The notes under the pieces were generated by a model, which searched no databases, was not told the origin of the DNA, and worked only from the letters and a program-made list of their open reading frames with translations. 64,000 nucleotides of DNA from Veleropilina oligotropha (Eukaryota): assembly GCA_048128005.1 (NCBI GenBank), contig JBEUKZ010000023.1, forward strand, positions 124,001 to 188,000, written 5' to 3'. Positions 46,827-59,081 of the stretch are shown here, one piece after another (positions within the stretch are counted from its first letter, which is position 1; each line of letters starts with the position of its first letter). The position numbers were made by a program, and so were the translations under genes.

Positions 46827-49800
46827 TAGTACAGCGGGTTATGTAAAGAAGCAAAAATTTTATATAGAATCTTGGCAACCATGTTTTTTTCCATCTAAAT
46901 ACACCATTGTACAGAAAAAATGTTGTTGCCAGTTTTTCTATTTGGTCCCAAGTGGATTCAGAGCAATTTTTCAAAATGGCCACCATCGAAAATGGTTAAA
47001 TTTGAATTAATTATGAAATCAGTACTAATTTCAATTCCATATAACATATTTATAATCATCAACAATAATACAACAAAGCATCTTAGAGAAATTAGAGTAA
47101 AAATATCTACCCAAGATGACTGCCATTTACCAAAAATCCAAAATGGCCACCATATATTACACGTTTTCGCATAAACGTGCATAACTTTTTAACTGATCGA
47201 GTTAGAAATATGATTTTGTTATCTAGCACTAGGTAATCTCATATGACGAACCCAATACAACACAAATCAGAATGATTCAACAAGTTTGGATGCATATATA
47301 GAGAATCTAAGTGAAATAATAGCTAAATCAGGAGTGACTTTACAAAAATATAATATAAAAATACGAAAAATTTCGAACCGATGATCAAATGAAATCGACC
47401 TTGCAATGAAATATGTAAGAAATAACCTATTCCATGTACATATAACACACTTTGATATAGTTTGACAAACATGTTGATGTTCTGAATCAATAGACCATAA
47501 CAATTTAATTTCGTAAATTATGACCCACAATTTATTATCAATATTATTTACATTTCGTGTGACCATTTGAATGGTAAAAATGATAAAAGATACATCAATG
47601 TGACATTATGCAAGCTTTATGCAGCTAGGATAGACATTACTGATCAAATCCAGTTTACAACTGATACAGTATGCAGATACCGTAAGTGTTACCGCTAATC
47701 ACAGTGTTATCGCTGATACTGCAAATGTTAGTGAACCATGGTATCAAGCAAATTCCATCCATCATCATGTATGTCCTCTCCAATTATGAATGGCTCCGTG
47801 TTCTGGCACTTATCATCACCTGTACAATGGCACAGTTCGGTACAGACAAGATCGTGTTGTCTGCAAGAGCACCTGCGTGAACATTTGTTGGTCGAGTCGA
47901 CATTAGTGGAGCCACAGTTGCATCGAATCAGTTGTACAACCGATTCTGGCGCTGGCGCTTCCTTTGAGAGAACTGGAACCAGCTTGTTGTCCTCCAAATG
48001 CCATCCAAGGATCACAGGGTCTAAGATGACTGGGTTTAGGACCAGGTCTCGTGTCCAAACACTGGCTTGGATATGTGCACGTCGGATATGCTCGAGCCAT
48101 GCTCCCTGTCGGTGGGAGTTTATCCACTCCTTGGTCAGGTCTCAGCCACTTGAACATGTACCATCTGAGATCCTTTGCTACATAGATGCGCAGTCGTTTA
48201 GGACCGAAGAGTGAACACAAGAACTCTTCACACCCTTTGACTATGTCATCAGAGGGCTCCGCACCTTCTCCAAGCCAAGCATCCCTTTTTGGATGTTCCC
48301 TGTATATGTCCGGTGGTGTCGCATCCAGTTAGTGCATGCCAGTTGATTAAAGCAGATGCTTTGTCTGAACCAAGTTTATCATAGATAGGTTTCATCATGA
48401 TTTTACGACGGTGCTCGCTTGTTCCCATGATCATTGCTGGTTTCGTGCCAAGTAGCGGTACCCTACGAAGAGCGAGAAGAAGGACATCGGTGTCTTGGGA
48501 GAATATGTGGACATCCAACCCTGAACCTGCAACTTCCACTGCATGCAACACCATGATGGTATCAGCCTCTTCCTGTGTGCTTACACCTGTGGATACGTGG
48601 ACTTCAGAGGTTTTCATGACACTGCTGCGTGTGACCGTCACTAAGTTATCAATAGAGCTCATGTTGATGAGTTGTTGAGCCAGGTACAAAGTGAGCGAAT
48701 CCTTTGTTGCATTGCTTGACAGAAACGAACTCTTGTCCCTGATGGAAGTTGAATCTTCTACGATATAGGATCGAATACCTTTGGACTTTGCCTCTGCGAC
48801 GTTCCCTTGTTCCTTCCTTCAGGGATGATACCTTGGTGTAATTATCAAAGATAACCCTGACTTGGCCATAGCTTCGACCTTTTGAGTTGACCAGGTTGAC
48901 ATAAGACGCGCCAAGTTCCTTGCAGGTCTTGAAGTTTTTGACGGCCATCAATTCTTGCAGGACCCCCATTCCATCTACTATGAGACAAACGCCATCTTTC
49001 TCGTTGGTGCTCTGGGAAGTCATGGTAGTAGCTTGTGATGTTTGGTCATCTGCATCCACAAGATTTTCCAACAAGTGGATTACTGCACTCTTGTCACTTG
49101 TGGATGGAGAGATCCATCTGCTTGCATCAATACCCGATTTGTGTAGGCAAACTCGTGGGTGTCGATCACGTTTTCCAAGTCGACGTCACCTCTTGAAGAT
49201 CATGCGATTATCAGCATCCTCGCAAAGAGTTAGTTTAAACAATCTTTTATTGAAGTAACAACGGGATTGGACACAAGGATAAACCTGTCTAGGTCCTCTC
49301 CGAAGAGTGATTAAGTGGCTTTTAGTGTCAGTACCAGCTTTCAGTTTATATCTCCTTTGCTGATGCCGCCATGACAGCAGCTTGACCTTGGTCATCTTGG
49401 ACCACAGGTTCCCATCACCAGTAATACGATCTTGGACGAATCTTGTGTAAACTTCCATCCCGATCTTCTCCGTGGACAGGATGCTTTCCTTGATGTTATC
49501 GGGAAGGATTTCATTTGATAGGAGTTTGTACATGTGGCCTGTTGTGGCAGGATCAGACTCAGACTCACTGGGCCCACTGAAGAGGTTGCATGGCATCAAC
49601 ACCTTCTTGAGTTGTGTGATTGATTGCTCTTGTTTACAGACTTTGGCGTGAGAGAGGCAGTGGTGCTGCTGCGGGCTTGTATCACTGTTGCTGACGGCTA
49701 TCAGTCGTTCTCCTTCTGCAGCAATACATGCCAGCTCGGGACCAGTGAGACAGAACTTGAACAGAGTGTTTGGGTTCGATGTGATTCCAGAGATCCCTCC

Positions 49801-51998
49801 TTGGCCTTTCGTAGATTTGTTCAGGTGCTCCATTGCTTGGTCTACAGCAATGCGAGTGAATGGGACAGTGTTGCTGGTATTCACTGTGAAGTCACCATTC
49901 ACAAACTCTTGCCAAATCTCTGGGTCTGAGGTTTGCAATTCATGCATGCTAGCTATGTACTCGGGTATGTTCTGTGCATAGTCCAGTCTGTTATATTAAA
50001 AAAAGTAGACACATAGCTTCTCCATTGTTGACAAGTAGAGAAACCAGTTACCCTCACGCGTAGCTCGTTGGAACTGCAGTAGGACCATAATCTGCTTCAT
50101 GTACATTCGTGCCCACACGTACATTGGATTCTTCTCATGAGCGTGATGAGTCCAGGAGTTGCTTCTCAAGGTTCATGGACTCCAGTTGCATTGCGAATGT
50201 CTGGTGTGCTGTACGAACATCCTGATTGACCCTGCATGCCTCAGTCAACTCTAGTGCTGCTGAACGGAGTGAGTCACACACTTGAGGATGGTCGTCAAGG
50301 AATGCACTTAGCCAGAGATCGAAGAGTTCTTGGTGTGTGATTTGGTGTGCTTGAAGAGCCCTATTGTGATGATTACCATTGATGATCTGGATCACTGTGA
50401 TACTACTGTACATGTCAGCGTCTTGGCAGGCATCATAAAGACCGCTCCCCTCAATTGTTCTACCTAGGCATCGCAGAGCACACAAAACTGTGTGAAATGC
50501 GCCCGGGCATAGTACCCATAGTTTCAGAGCTCTCTTGTACAGATCCATATCCATGGTCGCCACAAGTTTGCTGTCTGGCCCACTCACCAGCTCGTTCACT
50601 CTAGATAGTTGATCCAGGGCACTAACCAAGGTGGACCATTCATAAGCGGGAGCGTTGATGATGGGGAGACAATAGGCTTGGTCTACCACTGGAGGATCAT
50701 CGGTAGGCAGTGGCTCGTGCGTAAGTGAGTTATAAGGAGACCAAACTGGTACATGCTGCGTGTAGATCATCCTGTCAGTTGATGATCCTTCATGGACATC
50801 GTTGTCTACTGTGGATGCTTCTGAGCCAAGGCTCTGGATGCTCGGCCTGTTACAGAAGCGTGCTACCATCCACCCAATGTCATTGATCTGCGATATCCTG
50901 TAATCATCGTCATATACTCCCATCTTGTAGTTGTCATAGTGCAGACTCGTTCTGGGCTTTGGGCTTCCTTCTATGGTGCATTTAACCATGTTGATTACTG
51001 TGGGTGGCACATCACGTAAGGCCTCGGATGTCATGATCTTGCTGCCGATCTGCAGCAAGGTTTCTCCTTCACCTGAACGTTGATAGACTGCTAGGGCTGT
51101 TCCAGGGAAACTCCCTTTTCCATCTGGGGTGTCTACCATTTTGTCGACGTTATCCAGGGAAGCTCGTATCGCCTTGTTGCGCAGAAGGCCTGGTGGCACA
51201 TACACACCGTACTCTGTGATATTCTGAGCGACAGCATGGGCGATGTTGTTGCATATTGTTGTGACACGGTCGAATGAAATCCCAGCTCCAGATTTGTTCA
51301 GCAGTGATACAGCCTTCTGAAGTTGTGGTACATGTACAAGGACAACCCTATAGCATAAGGGCTTTCGAACATGTTACGGAACCTCGAGTCGGATGACACT
51401 GGGATGAGTGTTATTTGTATACAATCATGTTGGCTGACACTACGTATCTATTGTACTTTAAAGTCCATTGTTGGCTGACACTATGTATCTATTGTACTGA
51501 AAATTCTATTTCATTGGATACACGGTTCAACATTCGGATTAGCATTTAATTAATTCTTCATTTACCTGTTTACAATATTAACATAGATTTTACATCAAAA
51601 TAATGTTCCAAAGTTGGTTAGTTAAAAAACAGAATTTATGTGAAAAACGCGTAAATATGGTGGCCATTTTGGATTGTTGCTAAATAACGTTAATCCAGGG
51701 TACTTAATTTCACTATAATATTTGTAAAATGACTTTTTGTCGTAAAGTTCATCATTAGAAATATATTATATGCAGTTGCGATATAAATTATTATGATTTC
51801 ATAATTATTCTAAAATGGACAATTTCCGCTGGCGACCATTTTGAAAAATGGCCCAAAAACCACTAGGGACCAAAAAGAAAAACTGGCAACAAGTTTTTTT
51901 ATGTTTGCAGATATAAGTAGAACGTTTTTAACACTGTTGCCAAGATTCTATATAACATTTTTACAACAATTAATTTAATTACATAACCCGCTGTACTA
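46827..51998 (-). mobile_element. Academ (AcademX) DNA transposon, decayed
   Basis: Termini TAGTACAGCGGGTTATGTAA … TTACATAACCCGCTGTACTA with long imperfect TIRs and a 3-bp TSD CGC. TAG…CTA ends with a 3-4 bp TSD are the Academ pattern. Confidence 0.85.
47728..51410 (-). pseudogene. Academ transposase with XPG/FEN-like nuclease and Cys8 (CXC-like) domains; frameshifted
   Basis: Fragments: LDNVD…TPDGKGSF, TMDMDLY, GAFH, DQAMEHLNK, IVDGMG, QEEADT, SQDTDV, HALTGCDTT, CNC…C…CSC…CTELCHC…C. Confidence 0.85.
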
Positions 51999-52153
51999 CG
52001 CTGACAAAACACTATGGTTTCAATATTGTTTATATAGAAGGAACACCATATTAAATGTACCGTAAATCCTTCGGCCTGCTTCAGATGACTGCCGCTGACA
52101 AAACACTATGGTTTCAATATTGTTTATATAGAAGGAACACCATATTAAATGTA

Positions 52154-52618
52154 CCGTAAATCTTTTAATAGTCGCCAGGCCTCTAGTAGACACCAGCCTC
52201 TAATAGACGTGGGGGGGGGGGGTATGTGTATTGAAATTGCCGGGCCTCTAATAAACGTCGGGTCAGTCAGAGATGTCCTTATGCCATGGCAACGGGAACG
52301 AGCAAAAATAAAAGCATATTGTGTTCATGCTCTTAGTCTGTCTGGGTGATGTCTGGACGGCTCAACGTGCTGTCTGGTGATTTATTCCATGAATGTAAAG
52401 AACAAGTGAATATATTTTGACTTTTGGAAGCAGCATTCGAGAATTTCATGTCTACAAGTCCATCTGGGCACCACGTGAAGGTGAAGTTCTAAGTACAAAA
52501 TTGGTCAACGAAATTAATAGACGCCGGGCCTCTAATAAACGCTGGCCTCTAATAGACGCAGGGGCTATGAGCTACCTGAAATTATTTGACACCAGGGCTT
52601 CTATTAGAAGCTTTACGG
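52154..52618. mobile_element. Tc1/mariner (pogo-like) MITE
   Basis: TA-ccgtaaatcttttaatag … ctattagaagctttacgg-TA; internal gcctctaatagacg repeats. Confidence 0.75.
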
Positions 52619-52685
52619 TATGTGGAGAGAGATAAGAGTTTTCTCAGTATTTAGGTGATTTATAATATTTAATTTAACAACATAT

Positions 52686-52720
<35 letters not shown>

Positions 52721-55706
52721 CACTTTATTGTAATTAAAATAAAAGAAGTCTATCCACTTTCACTGCTGTTCGAGAATAAAGATATATGAGAGTTAGAATT
52801 AGCCCTGTTATTAACTCACAGAAAATTATGCTTATATGCATATATATATAATTAAACTTCTAAATTCAAATTATATGTCTATTTTACACTGTATGCCTTA
52901 ATCACGCATATGTAACAGCAACAACAAATATTTGTCTAGCCCACTATGATCAACGTAAAGGTTATTTTGAAACAACATCCATCAATCACCTACTGAAACT
53001 GGGGTAAAAACTCTACTTTATCATGTTAATGGTAATGGAGGAAGAAGTGATCCCTGACTCACTCCTACATATCACAGCTCTGTGTTTCACTGCAGGACAT
53101 CATGATGCACTGATAAAGAATGCAACTCATCTGTCTCTCTGTATGTATACAGTTGACTTTGCATCCATAAAATTATTGTTAATGTACCAAAGATGAAAAA
53201 GAAAATCTATAATTCAAATTATTGTCCAATATTTACGTCATATAAATACATGTCATTGATGCTGAACTGATACAGCATCGGAAAAATATTAATTGGGACA
53301 GTACGATGCAAGTTCAATTCCTGTCGCTTAATAGTATTATATATTCTGTATATATACTGTATAAGAAATTTTTATATCAATATTTTATATCAGATAACAG
53401 TATACCATAATACATGTCTGAATCTAAGAAGATTATGAAAGTCAGCGACAATTCTTTCATATTTTATTATTGTTAACATTGTTTTCATGATTAATTTGCC
53501 AGGACTTCGAAATCAATCACTTAAGGTTTCCGATTTGTGTTAGAACCTGCACAATACTGATAAAACCATGGTACACGTACCATAAATGAGGCTGAATGTA
53601 TCTAATCCTGGCTATAAATGCTGATATACTAGAGTAAATATGTAATACGAAAGAGCACCAGTCTGCTCCTGTCTGGAGCTCCTGACCTGATTACCTTAAT
53701 CTATGGAAACAAAGAATGCAGTCATGTCTTGAAAAAATAATTTGTACATCAATTTCAAACGTTTCCTAGCTCCCATTATGCAACATCACGAACAACTACA
53801 TACTTACCATCATTTCAATAATTAGTCAAGTTCATAAGAGAATACTTAGCCTTCTACCATCAAATATTATTAACATGTGTTTGTGCAGTCTATCATGACG
53901 ACATAATGAAAACTTCCTGTACGGATCAGGGCAAGTATGTGAGCTATATATAAACAAGTCACAGGCAGTAAGTGTCTGGCCCCCATAGGCCTCATTACAG
54001 TTACAGGCCTCGTTACAAATAACAAACAAATAGTTCTGACAAATGTATTCATGAATGCAAATTTCAAATACATACATATATAGTATATATAAATAACACA
54101 ATTACTTACACACAATGTTAAAAGTGAAAACTTGTTAATGGTTGACTCTCATAGAAAAAATATCGTTTAAAACAAGTTTTACAGTTTATCATCAAAATCT
54201 ATCTTTAAGAATATAAAGAATTCAAAACTAAAACATATATATATACACTCAATATCGGTAGTGGAAAATTAGTCCAAATATAGAAAAGAACATTTATTTT
54301 TGTAATAATTTATTAAAAACATAGAACTTGAAATTTTTTTGAATGACTCTGAAGTCATGTGCACATGTATACAACAATTCACAACTTCAATGCAGAAACT
54401 ATAACAACCGACCAGTTACCCACAATTAGAACTATTCATTGAAGAACTTAATTCTTACAATAAAGAACATAGCAGAAAAAAATTTAAATTTAAATTATTG
54501 TGATAGAAAATAATCTATAATAATCATGAAATGTATATTTGATCAAAAATAGTTTTAAATTCATTATTCTTAGAATATCTGCCGGTGGGGCGAGACAAAC
54601 AACAACACACCTGCGTATTTCTTCTCACCATTCTGTGCCATAGTCTTTGTGTCAAATGAAAATAAAATGACATGGTTCAAATCATCACAACATTGACCGA
54701 GGCAATGTGATGCTTGTTATCATTTCTGAGCCGCGTGAAAAAAGAGAAGACGTGCATTGATGGATGGCCGTCGTACAATATGACACAGGTGAATAATCAC
54801 GACCGCCATTAATAAATGACATCATCCGTTAAATCCAAGTAGCGAGACGCAAATAAAGGAACATATTCTTCTGTATCATAAATGCATTAATTACTAAATC
54901 TTAAAATTAATTATAACTTTTCTTGTCAAGATGATATACACAATAAAAAAATATTTGCAAATATTTAACATTACTATTAAATGCAGGAGTACTATTATGT
55001 TCAGAATACAGTCAAGCCAATGATTTCGGTGTAGGCATTAAAGACCACACGGTGCAGCCGGAAAACATTGAAACTGTTTTTCTTAAAACGACTTCATTAA
55101 ATCAAATAGACACCATGAAATTTCTGCACATTGCAATTTTTGAAGCGGAAATTAATGTATTTAATTTGAATCAAAAAGGGTTAAATACTGAAGTGCAAGT
55201 TCTTTTGAAATACAAAGAATTACTTTTATAAAGTTTGGGTCTTAGTATATAAAATCTTAACCTGTGTTATCCATCTGAAATGAATTGGTGTTGATGTTCA
55301 GCTAATAAAAGCATTCATTCAGAAACTTTAACCTAATTCTTGATTTTTTTTGAAAATATTGCAATTATGCAATAAAAATTAAATATTTGTAAACATTTGG
55401 TCTTATATTAAACCTTTATCTGCATGTTATCCATTGGAAAAGATTTGAATAAATGCATGCATGTACACAATCATCCAACAACGTAGAGATGCAGTGGAAG
55501 CAATAGGCCTGTGCCCTTCAGGGCGATCGTCCCATTGAATAATGAAATGATGAAGTTTATTTGCACTCAGTCAGACTCAGAGTCTATATCATGAGCCTAC
55601 GCAATGGAAATGAGTGTCTGGGATAAATCTCCGTCACACCCAGTTAGTCATGGAAAAAGTATGTTTTTATTGACTTTGTACATAATATATTAGCTTTAAA
55701 TAGAAA

Positions 55707-55973
55707 GGAGAGGATCGATGCTTCATGTCCTGTATATTTCCAACCATCATTTGGTTCAAACCAGGATATGTCCATATTATCGCGGGAGAAAAGCCCGGTC
55801 GCCCGGTTAAACCCGCCCTCTTCGACCAGTCACGGACAACTGTGAATCGTAACTTGAACAAATGTGTGATGCCTCAGCTGGGGGTCGAACCCACTACTGA
55901 TCGCGTCAGCGGAATCACGTCAGTGATTTTTGGAATCCACAACCGTACGTACCACTGTACTGTCGAAGCGGCC
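55707..55973 (-). mobile_element. Full-length V-domain tRNA SINE with 15-bp TSD
   Basis: TSD agctttaaatagaaa at 55692-55706 and 55974-55988; A box CAGTGGTA and B box GGTTCGACCCC on the minus strand. Confidence 0.9.
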
Positions 55974-56047
55974 AGCTTTAAATAGAAATAACCTAACCTT
56001 AAAGATTAATTTTTAGTTAATTTACTCGAAACGGTAGCACTACTCAC

Positions 56048-56074
56048 GTTTTCATCATCGGTTGTTGGAAACAT
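56048..56074 (-). CDS. SEPT2: Candidate alternative first coding exon of septin (MFPTTDDEN)
   Basis: gaaaccATG context, 9 codons, GTgagt donor, phase 0; lies in unique, repeat-free sequence. Confidence 0.45.
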
Positions 56075-57403
56075 GGTTTCTGTAGTGAGAAACCGCTCCT
56101 GTTCTGGTGCGAATGTGATATCAAACAAATAACGCTCAACTTCTAGCAGAAAAATCTTGTCCAGCCGACAACAATACCGTTACTCAACAGTTCCACTGGA
56201 ATATCCTTTCTCTCAACAGTGTTAGGCTGCCTGGCGTGTAATCACTGGTTGGATCTGGCTACTGGATCTCAAACTATCCCGAAATCTACACGGTGCATGT
56301 CTGGCCTATCTCGGTAAATCTGATCTAGCACCAAAATTACACCGAGACAATTATTTCCTCAAACATTGGTCTTTGAAGGAACTTTGGGTTGTCTGCTGCA
56401 GACCTTCAGGCTCTTGGGAATAGGTCTTGCTTATATCTACGCCAAGTTTGCAGTCTCTTTGTAGGGTCATGTGACCTGGCATCCAGTTGTGAAATGGATA
56501 GTAATTAGGGACAGGATAAACCTTCTCTCTGCTGCAGTAACCTTCACCCCTAGAGCTTACTTTGGCTCTGGCAGTGTGACACATTACTGAGTCTAGTCAA
56601 TAAATAAAACATTGGACATTAATGAGAATTGACATCTGATAATGAGAGGTCCAGTCTGAGTCCATCCATCAATCAGAGATCAATGTCAACTAATGGACGA
56701 AGCAAGACAGATGGAATGAATGCACTACATGAAGCAACTATTATTCTTATAATAAATCAATGAAATGCCATTTTTAGTATTTGTCATCTTCTAAAGTAAT
56801 GCTAATTATTACTTCATGAGCTATTCCCCAACATGTACATCACTTCTAGACATATTTTATAATAACATTCCAGTTTACATTGCCTGGGCTGTTACAATAA
56901 ATATGCACACATTTCTATTTATAAATACAAAATTTTATAAAACATTTCAACAATCCATTAATTTCATATATGATAAATGAACAATTCACAATTTTGCCAT
57001 ATCAGGGAGCGATTTACCAAGTAATTTTTGTATAGCAGTTAACTGCTATACAAATAAATTTTGTGTAGCAACTTGGATGTTTTGTGTAGCAGTTTATATC
57101 ACTGTATCAGATCTTATAATTTTCACTACCAAAAGGGTTTACTTTGATATAGGATAACCATCAACACTCATTGTAATTTTAATTTTATGGGGATTTTATT
57201 AAAAATATGAGTATACAAACGAAGTACTAAAATTCCGAAATGCGCGTATTTTCGTTTCATATTTCCTACATAATGTACAATTAATTTTCGTTACCGCATT
57301 TTTGTCATTTTCTAAGCATGTATATGACAGCCATTTGTGTTCCTTTCTCTATTTTAAGGCCAAGTGCGGCAGTGCAAATTGTTAAAAATTGCTGTCTATA
57401 TCA

Positions 57404-57664
57404 TCTTAATATAATGGAGCTATAATTGTATGTGTGTGTGTCTGTCTGTCTGTCTGTTTCAAGTTGAACTCCTCCCAGACGCTTTGACCTAGGACCTTCA
57501 AACTTTGGGGGGTTAATCGGGGTCCCCCAAGGAAGGTTTACCACGAAAAAAATTCGGAAAATTCGGGAAAAAAAAAAATATTTAAGGGAGCACTATCCAA
57601 AAAAAAAAAAAAAAAAAAATTGGGGTGGGGGGACTTGCCCGGCGGAGACGGGTACCATAGCTAG
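57404..57664 (+). mobile_element. Non-autonomous Helitron
   Basis: A|TC…(TG)n(TCTG)n…cccg-gcggaga-cggg hairpin…CTAG|T. Confidence 0.7.
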
Positions 57665-59081
57665 TTTTATCAATTATCGATATTTTGATATGTTATTTAC
57701 ATGATATAAGATGTTTTATGTTGATATTAAATAGTTATACGCAATAAAATACCTTTATTGTGATGTCTGTGTTGTTTATTTTCTTTACTTATATCGTAAA
57801 ATCCGAATAAAATTGCTGTGTTTGCGCTCCCGATATTGCGACATTCCAATACCAATGGCCGCCATGTTTGGTGTCATATTAAACTGTGGGATTCCCTGTC
57901 CCAAATAGATCGTTCATGCTATGTGAAAATATCTGATAAACCAATGAAACGCCTCGAAACATCGCTAATCACTTGTATGATGCGCGACAAACGTCTACCA
58001 AAGCGTTTATTTGAATGGTCAAATAGATCATGTGAGGTTAACGCCGCCGTTTCATTGGCGGTAGCTATATACAGACCTCAGCGCCCCTTGTATTTTGAAG
58101 CAATGGTCATAGGAGACAACTTTTAATGAAACCATGCAGTCATTCACGTGGTGACATAAACCGAAGGTGTACGGGATTTTCCGATGACACAAAATGACAC
58201 TGTTAACGGAACGGGCGATTAAATGATACTTTATAAATAAACAGATAAGTATTATTCTAAATTCAATTACAGTATTATAATATATGGTTAATTCATACTT
58301 AAAACTGGTTCACAATCACAGAATGTATACTTTGAATTTGGAAGTAATGCATCGCAAAACACTGCTACGCAATTTTCAATTGTATCGCTAATGGCGATTA
58401 ATGCATCGCTTTTTGCGATGCGATACCGGGTAAATCGGACCCAGCATATACATATATTGACCAAATTTTCAAAACAGTTATCCTTCATTAATTCACATTC
58501 ATATACAAGAAAGCATCCCGGGAGCACAGCCTCTGCCACGGCTGCTCTCATATCAACTCAGGCTCATCACCAAATGTAATCAATTGGCTTGGCTTGTATA
58601 AAAAATCCAACCCGCAACGAACACTTTCCCCGCTAGGGCAAAAATATTAAATTATGGATCCCCGACATGGCACATTAAATCACAAATGGATTCCCACCAA
58701 AATCTAATGGATTGGTCCTTTAGCTAAGGCCAATCTGTCAAGAATATTCATCGAAAGCCGTTCATAACTTTTGCGTTGTCCTGTTAACAGACAGACAGGT
58801 TGAAAACAGACAAGTTAAGTATCATACAAGTCAAAGAGGAACACGAAGGTAGTGGTCAGATGCCTTTATAGCGAAGAATTTTCTCACTTGAACAAAAATA
58901 CCATAAACCAGTTATGACGTCATCACATCCAGAATCCGATCCGGATCACAACCATCCAAAATGGCATATATGGATTGATCCTTCGCCAAAGGCCAATCAT
59001 CCACGAATATTCACCCAAATACATCAATAACTTTTGCATAATTCTCCAAACAGACAAACACCTTAGCGAAGGTAATAATAT

